Virus record (IMG/VR): IMGVR_UViG_3300028027_000047 | Location: 32,001-96,000 of that record | Reading direction: 5' to 3' (one strand) | Source: a virus | Length of the DNA stretch: 64,000 bases | Shown here: piece by piece, positions 30,016 to 38,134 of the stretch | Layout of the letters: each line of letters opens with the position of its first letter | Numbering within the stretch: the first letter of the stretch is position 1 | The notes under the pieces: model-generated | Databases searched by the model: none | Seen by the model: only the letters and a program-made list of their open reading frames with translations | What the model was told of the DNA's origin: nothing | Translations under genes and position numbers: made by a program

Positions 30016-30807
30016 ATGGCTAGAGATATTGTAAAGAACCTTAAGTTTAAGAAACATACTGGAAAGTTCTTTGACCCAGAAAAGTTTGCGTCATTGCTTG
30101 ACGAGTCATATCGTAATACCAAAAGAGCAGACGGACAGATGACAAAGAAGTCATTTAGCCCAAGCTCACTTGGATATGGGCACGGAACATGCCCTAGATA
30201 TTGGTATATGGCTTTTTCTGGTGCAGTATTTATTGATGATAACGATGCTGTAGCGGTTGCCAATATGGCACAAGGAACCCAGGCTCACGAAAGACTTCAA
30301 AAGCTTATTGCTACAATGCCAGAATGGAAAGCGGAAGAAGAGGAGATAATTAATGAGTATCCCCCCATCAGAGGTTTTATAGATCTAATCATGGAGTACG
30401 ATGGCGAGACTGTAATTGGTGAAATCAAAACGGCGAAGCAAGAAGTTTGGGACACCAGACAGTCAGAAATGAAGTCGTCAGCAAACCATATGCTTCAGCT
30501 ATTAACCTATATGAAATTAAAGAATGCTAAAGAAGGATTCTTTCTGTATGAAAACAAAAACACCCAAGAGATATTAATTATTCCTATTTCAATGAATGAT
30601 AAGAATAAAGCAATAATCGAAGAGGCATTTTCTTGGATGGAGCAAGTCTGGGATAACTTTCAAAATGGAGACCTACCAGTAAGGCCATCAGGATCAACTA
30701 AGTCAAAGATGCCCTGTACTTATTGCCCAGTTAAAAAGGAATGCTATGACAAGTCTGGTCCAGTGGGCACAGTAGAAATAGATTTATATAAGGTTCCTAA
30801 GATATGA
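30016..30807 (+). CDS. Cas4-like PD-(D/E)XK exonuclease
   Basis: SPSS...CPRY, GTQAH, GFIDL, EIKT, QLLTYM and CTYCPVKKEC. Confidence 0.85.
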   Translation: MARDIVKNLKFKKHTGKFFDPEKFASLLDESYRNTKRADGQMTKKSFSPSSLGYGHGTCPRYWYMAFSGAVFIDDNDAVAVANMAQGTQAHERLQKLIATMPEWKAEEEEIINEYPPIRGFIDLIMEYDGETVIGEIKTAKQEVWDTRQSEMKSSANHMLQLLTYMKLKNAKEGFFLYENKNTQEILIIPISMNDKNKAIIEEAFSWMEQVWDNFQNGDLPVRPSGSTKSKMPCTYCPVKKECYDKSGPVGTVEIDLYKVPKI

Positions 30808-31082
30808 TTTGTGCTAATAAGGAATGCGCTAAAGATTTTATTGGGAAAACCCATAATCAAAAATATTGTACAGATGAGTGTTGCAGAGTTGCAACAAATA
30901 AAAGAATCATGGAAAAGTATTATGAAAAAAAAGCTATCAAAAAAGGTGCAGTCAGGTTATGTAAAACATGTAAATCTCAGCTTAGCAGATACAACTCAGA
31001 TGAAGTTTGCTCTTCCTGTTTAAAGAAATCAAATTCTAAATCAAAGAAATTATTACAAGGAATAGTAGATGAAATTAGCTAG
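30804..31082 (+). CDS. Cys-rich zinc-finger protein
   Basis: CANKEC...QKYCTDEC...CKTC...CSSC. Confidence 0.7.
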   Translation: MICANKECAKDFIGKTHNQKYCTDECCRVATNKRIMEKYYEKKAIKKGAVRLCKTCKSQLSRYNSDEVCSSCLKKSNSKSKKLLQGIVDEIS

Positions 31083-31635
31083 CCTCATAAAGACAAAAGC
31101 AAATAGGGTTTTAGGGATAGATGCCTCAACCAACTCTATAGCCTTTTGTTTAATGGAAGACGATATTCCCCTAAAGTGGGGAAAGATAAATCTTGTTGGC
31201 GAAGATATATATGAAAAAATTTATGATGCAAAAAACAAAATGGCAATGATGCTAGATGAATTAAAGAGTGATTATATTGCCGTAGAGGGTGCAATACTTG
31301 TCAGATCACCAGATGCTGTGATAAAATTGTCTTATGTCTATGGAGTTGTTATTGCTGAGCTTATGTCTACTGGTGCTAAGGTTATTACTATTAGCCCATC
31401 ATCGTGGCAGGCGTACATTGGCAACAAAAATCCTACGAAAGATGAGAAGTCTGCAATAAGGTTGGCTAATCCAGGTTATGCTGAGTCTTGGTATAAAAAT
31501 CAGTTAAGAAATATGAGAAAGCAAAGAACTGCTGATTACTTTAATAAAAAATACGGTTTAGAAATTATAGATTTTGATGTTGCAGATAGCTTTGGAATTG
31601 CACACTATAGCAACCAGGTGCTTACTAAGCGATGA
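31069..31635 (+). CDS. RuvC-like Holliday junction resolvase
   Basis: VLGIDAS, AVEG and DVADSFGIA. Confidence 0.8.
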   Translation: MKLASLIKTKANRVLGIDASTNSIAFCLMEDDIPLKWGKINLVGEDIYEKIYDAKNKMAMMLDELKSDYIAVEGAILVRSPDAVIKLSYVYGVVIAELMSTGAKVITISPSSWQAYIGNKNPTKDEKSAIRLANPGYAESWYKNQLRNMRKQRTADYFNKKYGLEIIDFDVADSFGIAHYSNQVLTKR

Positions 31636-31778
31636 AACTTTATCAAAGCAAAGATTGGCTATACAGAAGATACATAGTTCAAAAGAAAACAGTTACAGAA
31701 ATAGGTAAAGAGTGCGGGGTCTCTGCTATGACTATACAGAGATATTTACAAGAGTTTGGATTGTTGAGAAAAAAATGA
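31632..31778 (+). CDS. Small HTH protein (48 aa, not in track)
   Basis: KKTVTEIGKECGVSAMTIQRYLQEFGL; ATGA overlaps at both ends. Confidence 0.75.
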   Translation: MKLYQSKDWLYRRYIVQKKTVTEIGKECGVSAMTIQRYLQEFGLLRKK

Positions 31779-32101
31779 GTGAGTACCCAAATAAAGATGG
31801 CGGATACCAGGCTTGGATAACAGACCTTCAGTTGATTGCAACAGATGCTCCTTCTGGACATAAAATCATTAGAGAGTGTTTAGAGATTTCAGAGATGCTC
31901 ATAAAGAAGAATATATCATATGGCAACTCTGCGCTTGATCCAATTCGTATATTTTCCAAGGCGGATTCAACAGAACAAATTCGTGTTCGTATTGATGATA
32001 AATTAAATAGAATTCAAAATGATAAGGCGTTTCCTGGCGATAATGATATTGATGATTTAATAGGATATTTAATTCTTCTTAAAATAGCCAATAAGTCCTA
32101 G
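31775..32101 (+). CDS. DUF1599-like / nucleotide-modification-associated helical protein
   Basis: KKNISYGNS...RIDDKLNRI...DLIGYLIL. Confidence 0.65.
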   Translation: MSEYPNKDGGYQAWITDLQLIATDAPSGHKIIRECLEISEMLIKKNISYGNSALDPIRIFSKADSTEQIRVRIDDKLNRIQNDKAFPGDNDIDDLIGYLILLKIANKS

Positions 32102-32128
32102 TCAACTAAAACATGGTATAATTTAATT

Positions 32129-32665
32129 ATGAATGAAATAGAGCCAGCGGTTCACTTTGACCGTATGAACAAGGTTGTAGAAGAGCTTTTAAAAGGTAAT
32201 TCAGCAACTCAAATAGCTACACTTACAGGATTTTCCCGCAAAGAAGTTTTAGAGTATGTAGATGAATGGAAGTCTGTCGTGCATAACGATAGCAATATCC
32301 GTGATCGTGCTCGTGAAGCAATATCTGGCGCAGACCAGCATTATGCAATGCTAATAAAAGAAGCCTGGAAAACAGTAGAGGATGCCGATACGCAAGGAGC
32401 GCTTGCGGTAAAATCTGGCTCTTTAAAGCTAATAGCCGATATAGAGACTAAAAGAATAGCCATGCTTCAGTCTGTAGGTGTTTTAGAAAACACTCAAATA
32501 GCTTCTCAAATTGCAGAGACAGAACGCAAGCAGGAAATATTAGTTGGAATATTAAAAGAAGTGACTGCATCTTGTCCTAAATGTAAAATGGATGTTGCAA
32601 AAAGGCTCTCTCAAATTACTGGCATAGTTGAAGCAGTAATAATTGAGGATGCTGATGTCGTTTGA
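32129..32665 (+). CDS. Probable terminase small subunit (N-terminal HTH)
   Basis: HTH GNSATQIATLTGFSRKEV plus helical body, directly upstream of TerL; leaderless start. Confidence 0.6.
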   Translation: MNEIEPAVHFDRMNKVVEELLKGNSATQIATLTGFSRKEVLEYVDEWKSVVHNDSNIRDRAREAISGADQHYAMLIKEAWKTVEDADTQGALAVKSGSLKLIADIETKRIAMLQSVGVLENTQIASQIAETERKQEILVGILKEVTASCPKCKMDVAKRLSQITGIVEAVIIEDADVV

Positions 32666-34457
32666 TTTTTCAGATTTAATTGACATTTTAGATGGCGAAG
32701 AGTTTGAAGAAAAGCCAGTAGACCTTCGTACATTTGTCAACGACCCAAACTATCTAGGGCTCCCACCACTTTCAGATTATCAATACACTTTAATTGAAAA
32801 AAGCTCACAGATATATAAAGAAGCAACATTAAAAAAATTATTTGGAGACGAAGAAGGATCTATTAGATTTAAGCAAACGGCAAATGAAGTTGTAGCACAG
32901 CTTGGAAAAGGTTCTGGAAAAGACTACTGCTCAACAATTGCAGTTGCTTATATAGTGTATTTACTATTGTGTTTAAAAGACCCAGCAACATATTATGGCA
33001 AGCCGCCAGGAGATTCAATTGATATTATTAACATTGCTATTAACTCACAGCAAGCAAGCAATGTCTTTTTTAAAGGCTTTAGAAGCCGCATAGACAAATC
33101 CCCATGGTTCATTGGTAAATACTATGCCAAGGCATCAGAAATTCAGTTTAACAAGGCTATAACAGTGCATTCAGGGCACTCAGAGAGAGAGGCCTGGGAA
33201 GGCTACAACGTTTTAGTTGTAATCTTGGATGAAATTTCTGGCTTTGCAATTGACAATACAACTGGCCACGATCAAGCAAAAACAGGTAGTGCAGTTTATG
33301 ATATGTATAGAGCATCAGTAGATTCCCGTTTTCCAGATTTTGGTAAAGTTATTCTTTTATCATTCCCTAGATTTAAGAATGATTACATACAGCAAAGATA
33401 TGATGCGGTTGTAGGAGAAAAAGAAACTGTAATTAGGGACCACAAGTTTAAGATGTACGAGGAGCTCCCAGACGGTACAGAGGGAAATGAGTTTGAGATA
33501 CAATGGGAAGAAGACCATATCATATCTTATAAAATACCTAAAGTATATGCAATTAAGCGCCCAACTTGGGAGATTAACCCAGTTAGAAAAATTGACGATT
33601 TCAAAACAGCATTCTATACAAACCCGACAGATGCGCTTTCAAGATTTGCGTGTATGCCACCAGATGCAGTAGATGCATTTTTTAAATCTAGAGAAAAAGT
33701 AGAGAAAGCTTTTAACGTCGGATCGATTGCAGTCGATAACTTCGGAAGACTTGAAGAATGGTTTCTCCCAGACCCAGATAAAAAATATTATATACATGTA
33801 GACTTAGCACAAAAGCACGACCATTGTGCTGTAACAATGGCGCATGTTAATAAATGGGTTAATGTAAAGGTGACTGACACCTATTCGCAGCCAGCTCCAA
33901 TAGTAGAAGTTGATGCTGTAAGATACTGGACTCCAACCCCAGACAAATCAGTTGACTTTACAGAAGTTAAAGACTACATCCTTTCTCTTAAAACTAGAGG
34001 CTTTAACATAGCAATATGCACCTTTGACAGATGGAACTCTCATGACATGATGCAACAACTAAAACAATATGGTATCAATACAGAGATTCTGTCTGTCGCT
34101 AAAAAACATTATGATGATATGGCAATGATTGTAGCGGAAGAAAGGCTTATTGGTCCACATATACCCCTGCTTATAGATGAGCTTTGTCAGCTTAGGATTA
34201 TGAGAGATAAGGTAGACCACCCAAGAAAAGGATCTAAAGACTTGGCGGATGCTACATGTGGAGCAATATTTAATTCAATCAGCAGAACAAGGTTTGATAA
34301 TAATCAAGAAATAAATATACATACATACGAATCAATGAACTATGATAATGACTTTGGGGCCAAAGATGACCCAGACACAACATCTTATAACATGATTAGG
34401 GCGCCAAGAATGCCTGAAGGTTTGAGAGAAGCAATGGACAGGATGCAAATACTATGA
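32655..34457 (+). CDS. terL: Terminase large subunit
   Basis: Walker A GKGSGKD, Walker B VVILDE, nuclease HVDLAQKHD, FDRWNS and DHPRKGSKDLADA. Confidence 0.9.
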   Translation: MSFDFSDLIDILDGEEFEEKPVDLRTFVNDPNYLGLPPLSDYQYTLIEKSSQIYKEATLKKLFGDEEGSIRFKQTANEVVAQLGKGSGKDYCSTIAVAYIVYLLLCLKDPATYYGKPPGDSIDIINIAINSQQASNVFFKGFRSRIDKSPWFIGKYYAKASEIQFNKAITVHSGHSEREAWEGYNVLVVILDEISGFAIDNTTGHDQAKTGSAVYDMYRASVDSRFPDFGKVILLSFPRFKNDYIQQRYDAVVGEKETVIRDHKFKMYEELPDGTEGNEFEIQWEEDHIISYKIPKVYAIKRPTWEINPVRKIDDFKTAFYTNPTDALSRFACMPPDAVDAFFKSREKVEKAFNVGSIAVDNFGRLEEWFLPDPDKKYYIHVDLAQKHDHCAVTMAHVNKWVNVKVTDTYSQPAPIVEVDAVRYWTPTPDKSVDFTEVKDYILSLKTRGFNIAICTFDRWNSHDMMQQLKQYGINTEILSVAKKHYDDMAMIVAEERLIGPHIPLLIDELCQLRIMRDKVDHPRKGSKDLADATCGAIFNSISRTRFDNNQEINIHTYESMNYDNDFGAKDDPDTTSYNMIRAPRMPEGLREAMDRMQIL

Positions 34458-34708
34458 GCGAATATCAAGAGATGGCAAGGCAGTGTAAGTGTTGCACAAA
34501 GCATGTGCCTTTGCCAACCGTAATGAAGACATACAATGGGCTAATCGTATGCCCAACAACACTACAAAATATAATAGAGTACAACAGGCTGTGGGAGACT
34601 TTCGGATCAAGACCTATGGGCAGTATTAGAAAACATTTCTCCGAGTACGTACAGCAAATTGTAGAAAATCAATATTCAAATAAGGAAGGTATTAATGGAA
34701 ATACTTGA
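34454..34708 (+). CDS. Hypothetical protein
   Basis: Coupled ORF with CKCC. Confidence 0.6.
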   Translation: MSEYQEMARQCKCCTKHVPLPTVMKTYNGLIVCPTTLQNIIEYNRLWETFGSRPMGSIRKHFSEYVQQIVENQYSNKEGINGNT

Positions 34709-35351
34709 ACCATTTTTAGGACTCCGCATATATAAAAATGCCATGCCTAACCCTAAAGATATACCAAAAAGACTTGAAGAGTTGCTATCAGTTAACCCAA
34801 CTGAAATATTTAAATGGAACGATGTAGCCGTTTCGTTTCGAAAAAAAGATCACAGCGTTAGAAATTGTGTAGACCATAAGGTAAATAAATTAAGCTTTAA
34901 GCTAATGTCTGAAGATAAAAAAGATTTAGAGATTGTATGGCAAGAGACAAAAGATGCAATAGTAGTATGTTTAAATGAATACATGGAACAGTTTGTAAAT
35001 ACACCGCCATTAAACTATATGGAATCAATTAATTTTATAAAATATGAACCTGGCGCTTATTTTAAATCACATGTAGACCACGGACCATCTTACTCTTCTG
35101 TAGTTTCTTGTGTTGTATATTTTAATGATGATTTTGAAGGCGGAGAGTTATCCTTCCCATATTTTGATAACTATACATATAAGCCAGAAGCTGGTGATAT
35201 ATTATTTTTTCCATCTAATATTATGTATCTTCATGAAGCAAAAAGTGTAATTTCTGGCACAAAGTATTCTGCAGTTACAATGTTTGATTTTAATGATATA
35301 AACCATAGATTGCAAACTGGTGACAGGACCCCAGCAGTAAAAAACTATTGA
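34695..35351 (+). CDS. 2OG-Fe(II) oxygenase (prolyl-4-hydroxylase-like)
   Basis: HVD...YFNDDFEGGELSF...FPS...HEA...GTKYS. Confidence 0.88.
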   Translation: MEILEPFLGLRIYKNAMPNPKDIPKRLEELLSVNPTEIFKWNDVAVSFRKKDHSVRNCVDHKVNKLSFKLMSEDKKDLEIVWQETKDAIVVCLNEYMEQFVNTPPLNYMESINFIKYEPGAYFKSHVDHGPSYSSVVSCVVYFNDDFEGGELSFPYFDNYTYKPEAGDILFFPSNIMYLHEAKSVISGTKYSAVTMFDFNDINHRLQTGDRTPAVKNY

Positions 35352-35375
35352 CAAATCTAATTTATATTATATACT
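35348..35375 (+). promoter_or_regulatory. Promoter for the tRNA cluster
   Basis: TTGACA-N16-TATACT, ~10 nt before the first tRNA. Confidence 0.7.
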
Positions 35376-35385
35376 TAACAAACTA

Positions 35386-35459
35386 GCGACAGTAGCTTAG
35401 TTGGTTAAAGCCCCGAACTCATAATTCGGTAATCGTAGGTTCGAGTCCTACCTGTCGCA
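35386..35459 (+). tRNA. tRNA-Met(CAT), elongator (or Ile2)
   Basis: Acceptor gcgacag/ctgtcgc; anticodon arm ccgaa-ctCATaa-ttcgg; T loop ttcgagt. No encoded CCA. Confidence 0.9.
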
Positions 35460-35463
35460 CAAT

Positions 35464-35536
35464 CCCTTCGTAGCTCAGAGGATAGAGCGAGGCTCTTCTA
35501 AGGCCTGCGTCGCACGTTCGAATCGTGCCGAGGGGG
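35464..35536 (+). tRNA. tRNA-Arg(TCT)
   Basis: cccttcg/cgagggg; aggct-ctTCTaa-ggcct; ttcgaat. Confidence 0.9.
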
Positions 35537-35540
35537 CGTC

Positions 35541-35613
35541 GCCCCCCTAGCCCAGCGGTAGAGGCAGTGGACTTAAAATCCATACAGCACTGGTTCGAAT
35601 CCAGTGGGGGGCA
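35541..35613 (+). tRNA. tRNA-Leu(TAA) with short variable loop
   Basis: gcccccc/ggggggc; gtgga-ctTAAaa-tccat; actgg-ttcgaat-ccagt; A73. Confidence 0.85.
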
Positions 35614-35617
35614 CAAA

Positions 35618-35690
35618 GCTTCTATAGCTCAGCTGGTAGAGCAGCAGACTTTTAATCTGCGGGTCGTTGGTTCGAAACCAACTGGAGGCA
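35618..35690 (+). tRNA. tRNA-Lys(TTT)
   Basis: gcttcta/tggaggc; gcaga-ctTTTaa-tctgc; ttcgaaa. Confidence 0.9.
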
Positions 35691-35741
35691 CTAAATGGTA
35701 TACTAATACTTTAATACCAAATATACAATAGGAGAAGTAAA

Positions 35742-36320
35742 ATGGCAGCAGAACAGGGTACGGCAGCAAGATTAGTAGAGGTAGCACTAGCAGAAGTTGG
35801 CACTATCGAAGGTCCAAAAGAAAATGAAACGAAGTATGGTAAGTTTACAAAATCAAACTTTCAACCATGGTGCGGAAGTTTCTGTATGTGGGTGGCAGAT
35901 CAGGCTGGCGTAAAGATTCCTAACACGGTTTACACACCAGCAGGAGCACAGGCATTTATTAAAGCAGGTGCATGGCAGATGGCAGAAGTAGCAACACCAG
36001 AAGTAGGAGATATTGCCTATTTTGATTTCCCATCAGATGGCGTCGATAGAATTTCTCATGTAGGAATTGTTGTCGCAGTCAATACTGACGGAACGGTAGA
36101 TGTTGTAGAAGGAAATACATCTTCAGATAAGAAGGGCGATCAAAGAAATGGTGGAGAGTGTTGCCTTAAGAATCGTGCTTACAAAAAGAAGAACGGATCA
36201 AAGCTTCGCAGAAGCCAAATCGTAGGAATTGTTGGATTTGGAAGACCATCATTTGGCAAGCCAGTAGTTAAAAAAACAGCAGCTCCAGCAAAGAAATCTG
36301 TAGTCAAGAAGACTAAGTAA
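35742..36320 (+). CDS. CHAP-domain amidase (endolysin candidate)
   Basis: PWCGSF...SHVGIV...EGNT; basic C-terminal tail. Confidence 0.85.
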   Translation: MAAEQGTAARLVEVALAEVGTIEGPKENETKYGKFTKSNFQPWCGSFCMWVADQAGVKIPNTVYTPAGAQAFIKAGAWQMAEVATPEVGDIAYFDFPSDGVDRISHVGIVVAVNTDGTVDVVEGNTSSDKKGDQRNGGECCLKNRAYKKKNGSKLRRSQIVGIVGFGRPSFGKPVVKKTAAPAKKSVVKKTK

Positions 36321-36727
36321 TGTACGAGTACTACGTTAGAAAAGTAGAAGGTGTAGTCGATGGGGATACAATTGATGTCCTCATCGACCTAGGCTTTGAC
36401 ATACTATTTGCATCAAGAGTAAGACTTGCTGGTATAGACACCCCAGAATCAAGAACTAAAGATTTGGCTGAAAAAAAGCTAGGACTTGAAGCAAAAGAGT
36501 ATTTAAAATATAAGATAAAAGATGCCAAATCTGTTAAAATTAAAACAGAAAAAATGGACTCTTCTGAAAAATATGGAAGAATCCTAGGCTGGATATTTAT
36601 TGATGACCAGACAACTTCAATTAATGAGCAGATGATTTCAGATGGTTATGCCTGGGGATATCTTGGAGATACTAAGGTCAAGGACTTTGAAGCACTTGCT
36701 AAAGCAAGAGCAAAGTCTAAAAAATAA
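36320..36727 (+). CDS. Thermonuclease (SNase-like)
   Basis: VVDGDTI, RLAGIDTPE and KYGRILG. Confidence 0.9.
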   Translation: MYEYYVRKVEGVVDGDTIDVLIDLGFDILFASRVRLAGIDTPESRTKDLAEKKLGLEAKEYLKYKIKDAKSVKIKTEKMDSSEKYGRILGWIFIDDQTTSINEQMISDGYAWGYLGDTKVKDFEALAKARAKSKK

Positions 36728-36728
36728 C

Positions 36729-36808
36729 TTGCAATCTTAGTTATCTAAATGCTATAATAGATTAGTACCTGCCAAAAGGGGGTACTAATTTAACTCGCTT
36801 AAAAGGAG
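36729..36808 (+). promoter_or_regulatory. Promoter and structured 5' UTR of hsp20 with ROSE-like thermometer hairpin
   Basis: TTGCAA-N18-TATAAT; hairpin attagtacc/ggtactaat; CTCGCT-taaa-AGGAG pairing over the SD. Confidence 0.6.
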
Positions 36809-36814
36809 CACAAA

Positions 36815-37231
36815 ATGGTAACACAGTTCGCCATGGATCTTTTCAAAGATCCATTTTTTATTGGTTTCAACCGAGAGTTGGAACGATTCAATAGTCTTAG
36901 TAAAGTAAATAATACAGCATTTCCGCCGTATGATTTATTGAAGTTAGACGAAGACAACTACCAGCTATCGCTGGCAGTTGCTGGATTTACAAGAGACGAT
37001 TTAACTGTATCAATTGAAGACGGAAGTCTTTGGATTACAGGTGAAATTACAGAAGTAACAGATGCAGAGGTTGTCCACAAGGGAATTGCTGCACGTAAGT
37101 TCACAAGAATCTTTGAACTAAGTGAATACATGGAAGTTTCAAATGTAGAGCTAAAAGACGGAATGCTACACATTCTTGTTGTTAGAAATCTACCAAAAGA
37201 AAAACAACCTAAAATTCTAAAAATTAAATAA
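36815..37231 (+). CDS. Small heat shock protein Hsp20 (IbpA-like)
   Basis: FPPYDL, LAVAGF, HKGIAARKFTRIF and LKDGML. Confidence 0.92.
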   Translation: MVTQFAMDLFKDPFFIGFNRELERFNSLSKVNNTAFPPYDLLKLDEDNYQLSLAVAGFTRDDLTVSIEDGSLWITGEITEVTDAEVVHKGIAARKFTRIFELSEYMEVSNVELKDGMLHILVVRNLPKEKQPKILKIK

Positions 37232-37282
37232 TGTTGAGACCTGAGTATGTCCTAAAACTGCTCACTACATAATTGGAGTACA

Positions 37283-37879
37283 GTGGGATATATTAATGAG
37301 GATCGTGGTCTTGATGGAAGAAATCATGATACAGCTGTCCTGACTGCGGAGTTTACAATAGGACTTGCTATTGCTTCTTATAGAGGCATACCAATGTATT
37401 TAGAAAATCAGCGAAATCATAAATGGATATTTAGCCAACAGCAGAGCCTTGATGGGAAAATGATTGCTGTAATTGGAAATGGCCATATTGGTAAAAGAAT
37501 TCAAGCAATTAAATCATTTGCCCCAAGAGCTCAGGTAACTAATTTCTCAAGAACTGGTAGTGAAGGCTCATTAATTATAGATAAGTTCTTCCCAATGCTA
37601 GAAAGATTTGATATAATTATAGTATTAGCAGAGCTAAATGATTCAACTCGAAACATGTTTAATAAAGATGTGTTTTCAAGAATGAAAAATGGATCTCTAT
37701 TTATAAATATGAGCAAGGGTCCCATTGTAAATACAATGGACTTAGTAGAAGAGTTACATAAAAATAGAATATTTGCTGCAATTGATCAGGTTGATCCAGA
37801 CCCACTTCCAGCAGACCACCCTTTATGGGATTGTCCGAATCTCATACTAACACCACACGTAGCGAGTAATGCAAAATAA
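37283..37879 (+). CDS. D-2-hydroxyacid dehydrogenase NAD-binding domain only (truncated)
   Basis: VIGNGHIG, MKNGSLFINMSKG, DPLPADHPLW and TPHVA; only 198 aa. Confidence 0.75.
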   Translation: MGYINEDRGLDGRNHDTAVLTAEFTIGLAIASYRGIPMYLENQRNHKWIFSQQQSLDGKMIAVIGNGHIGKRIQAIKSFAPRAQVTNFSRTGSEGSLIIDKFFPMLERFDIIIVLAELNDSTRNMFNKDVFSRMKNGSLFINMSKGPIVNTMDLVEELHKNRIFAAIDQVDPDPLPADHPLWDCPNLILTPHVASNAK

Positions 37880-38067
37880 TGCCAGTATACGAATACAAAT
37901 GTTCATATGACGAAGCTCATGCTTCAATGTCCATACACAGATCAATCAAAGATGACGATCCAGGATACACTTGTGTAGAGTGTGAATCAGAAATGATAAG
38001 ATTTTTTACTCCATTTGGCATACAGTTTAAAGGTAATGGTTTTTACAAAACAGATAATCCTAAGTAG
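37879..38067 (+). CDS. FmdB-family zinc-ribbon protein
   Basis: MPVYEYKC...CVEC...FKGNGFYKTD. Confidence 0.85.
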   Translation: MPVYEYKCSYDEAHASMSIHRSIKDDDPGYTCVECESEMIRFFTPFGIQFKGNGFYKTDNPK

Positions 38068-38134
38068 TTTAAACTAACATTCTGCTATAATTAACAGGTA
38101 AGCAAAAATATTGCATTACCTGGGGGTCCCTTAG

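Noticed and set aside
30016-30807. Cas4-like gene as a sign of CRISPR-Cas
   Set aside because: No array or other cas genes seen; stand-alone Cas4-like nucleases are common in phage recombination modules
20768-34457. Inteins or introns in dnaB, dnaE, recA or terL
   Set aside because: Normal lengths, continuous motifs, no intein or LAGLIDADG signatures seen
35419-35731. ORFs over the tRNA cluster
   Set aside because: Chance translations of tRNA genes
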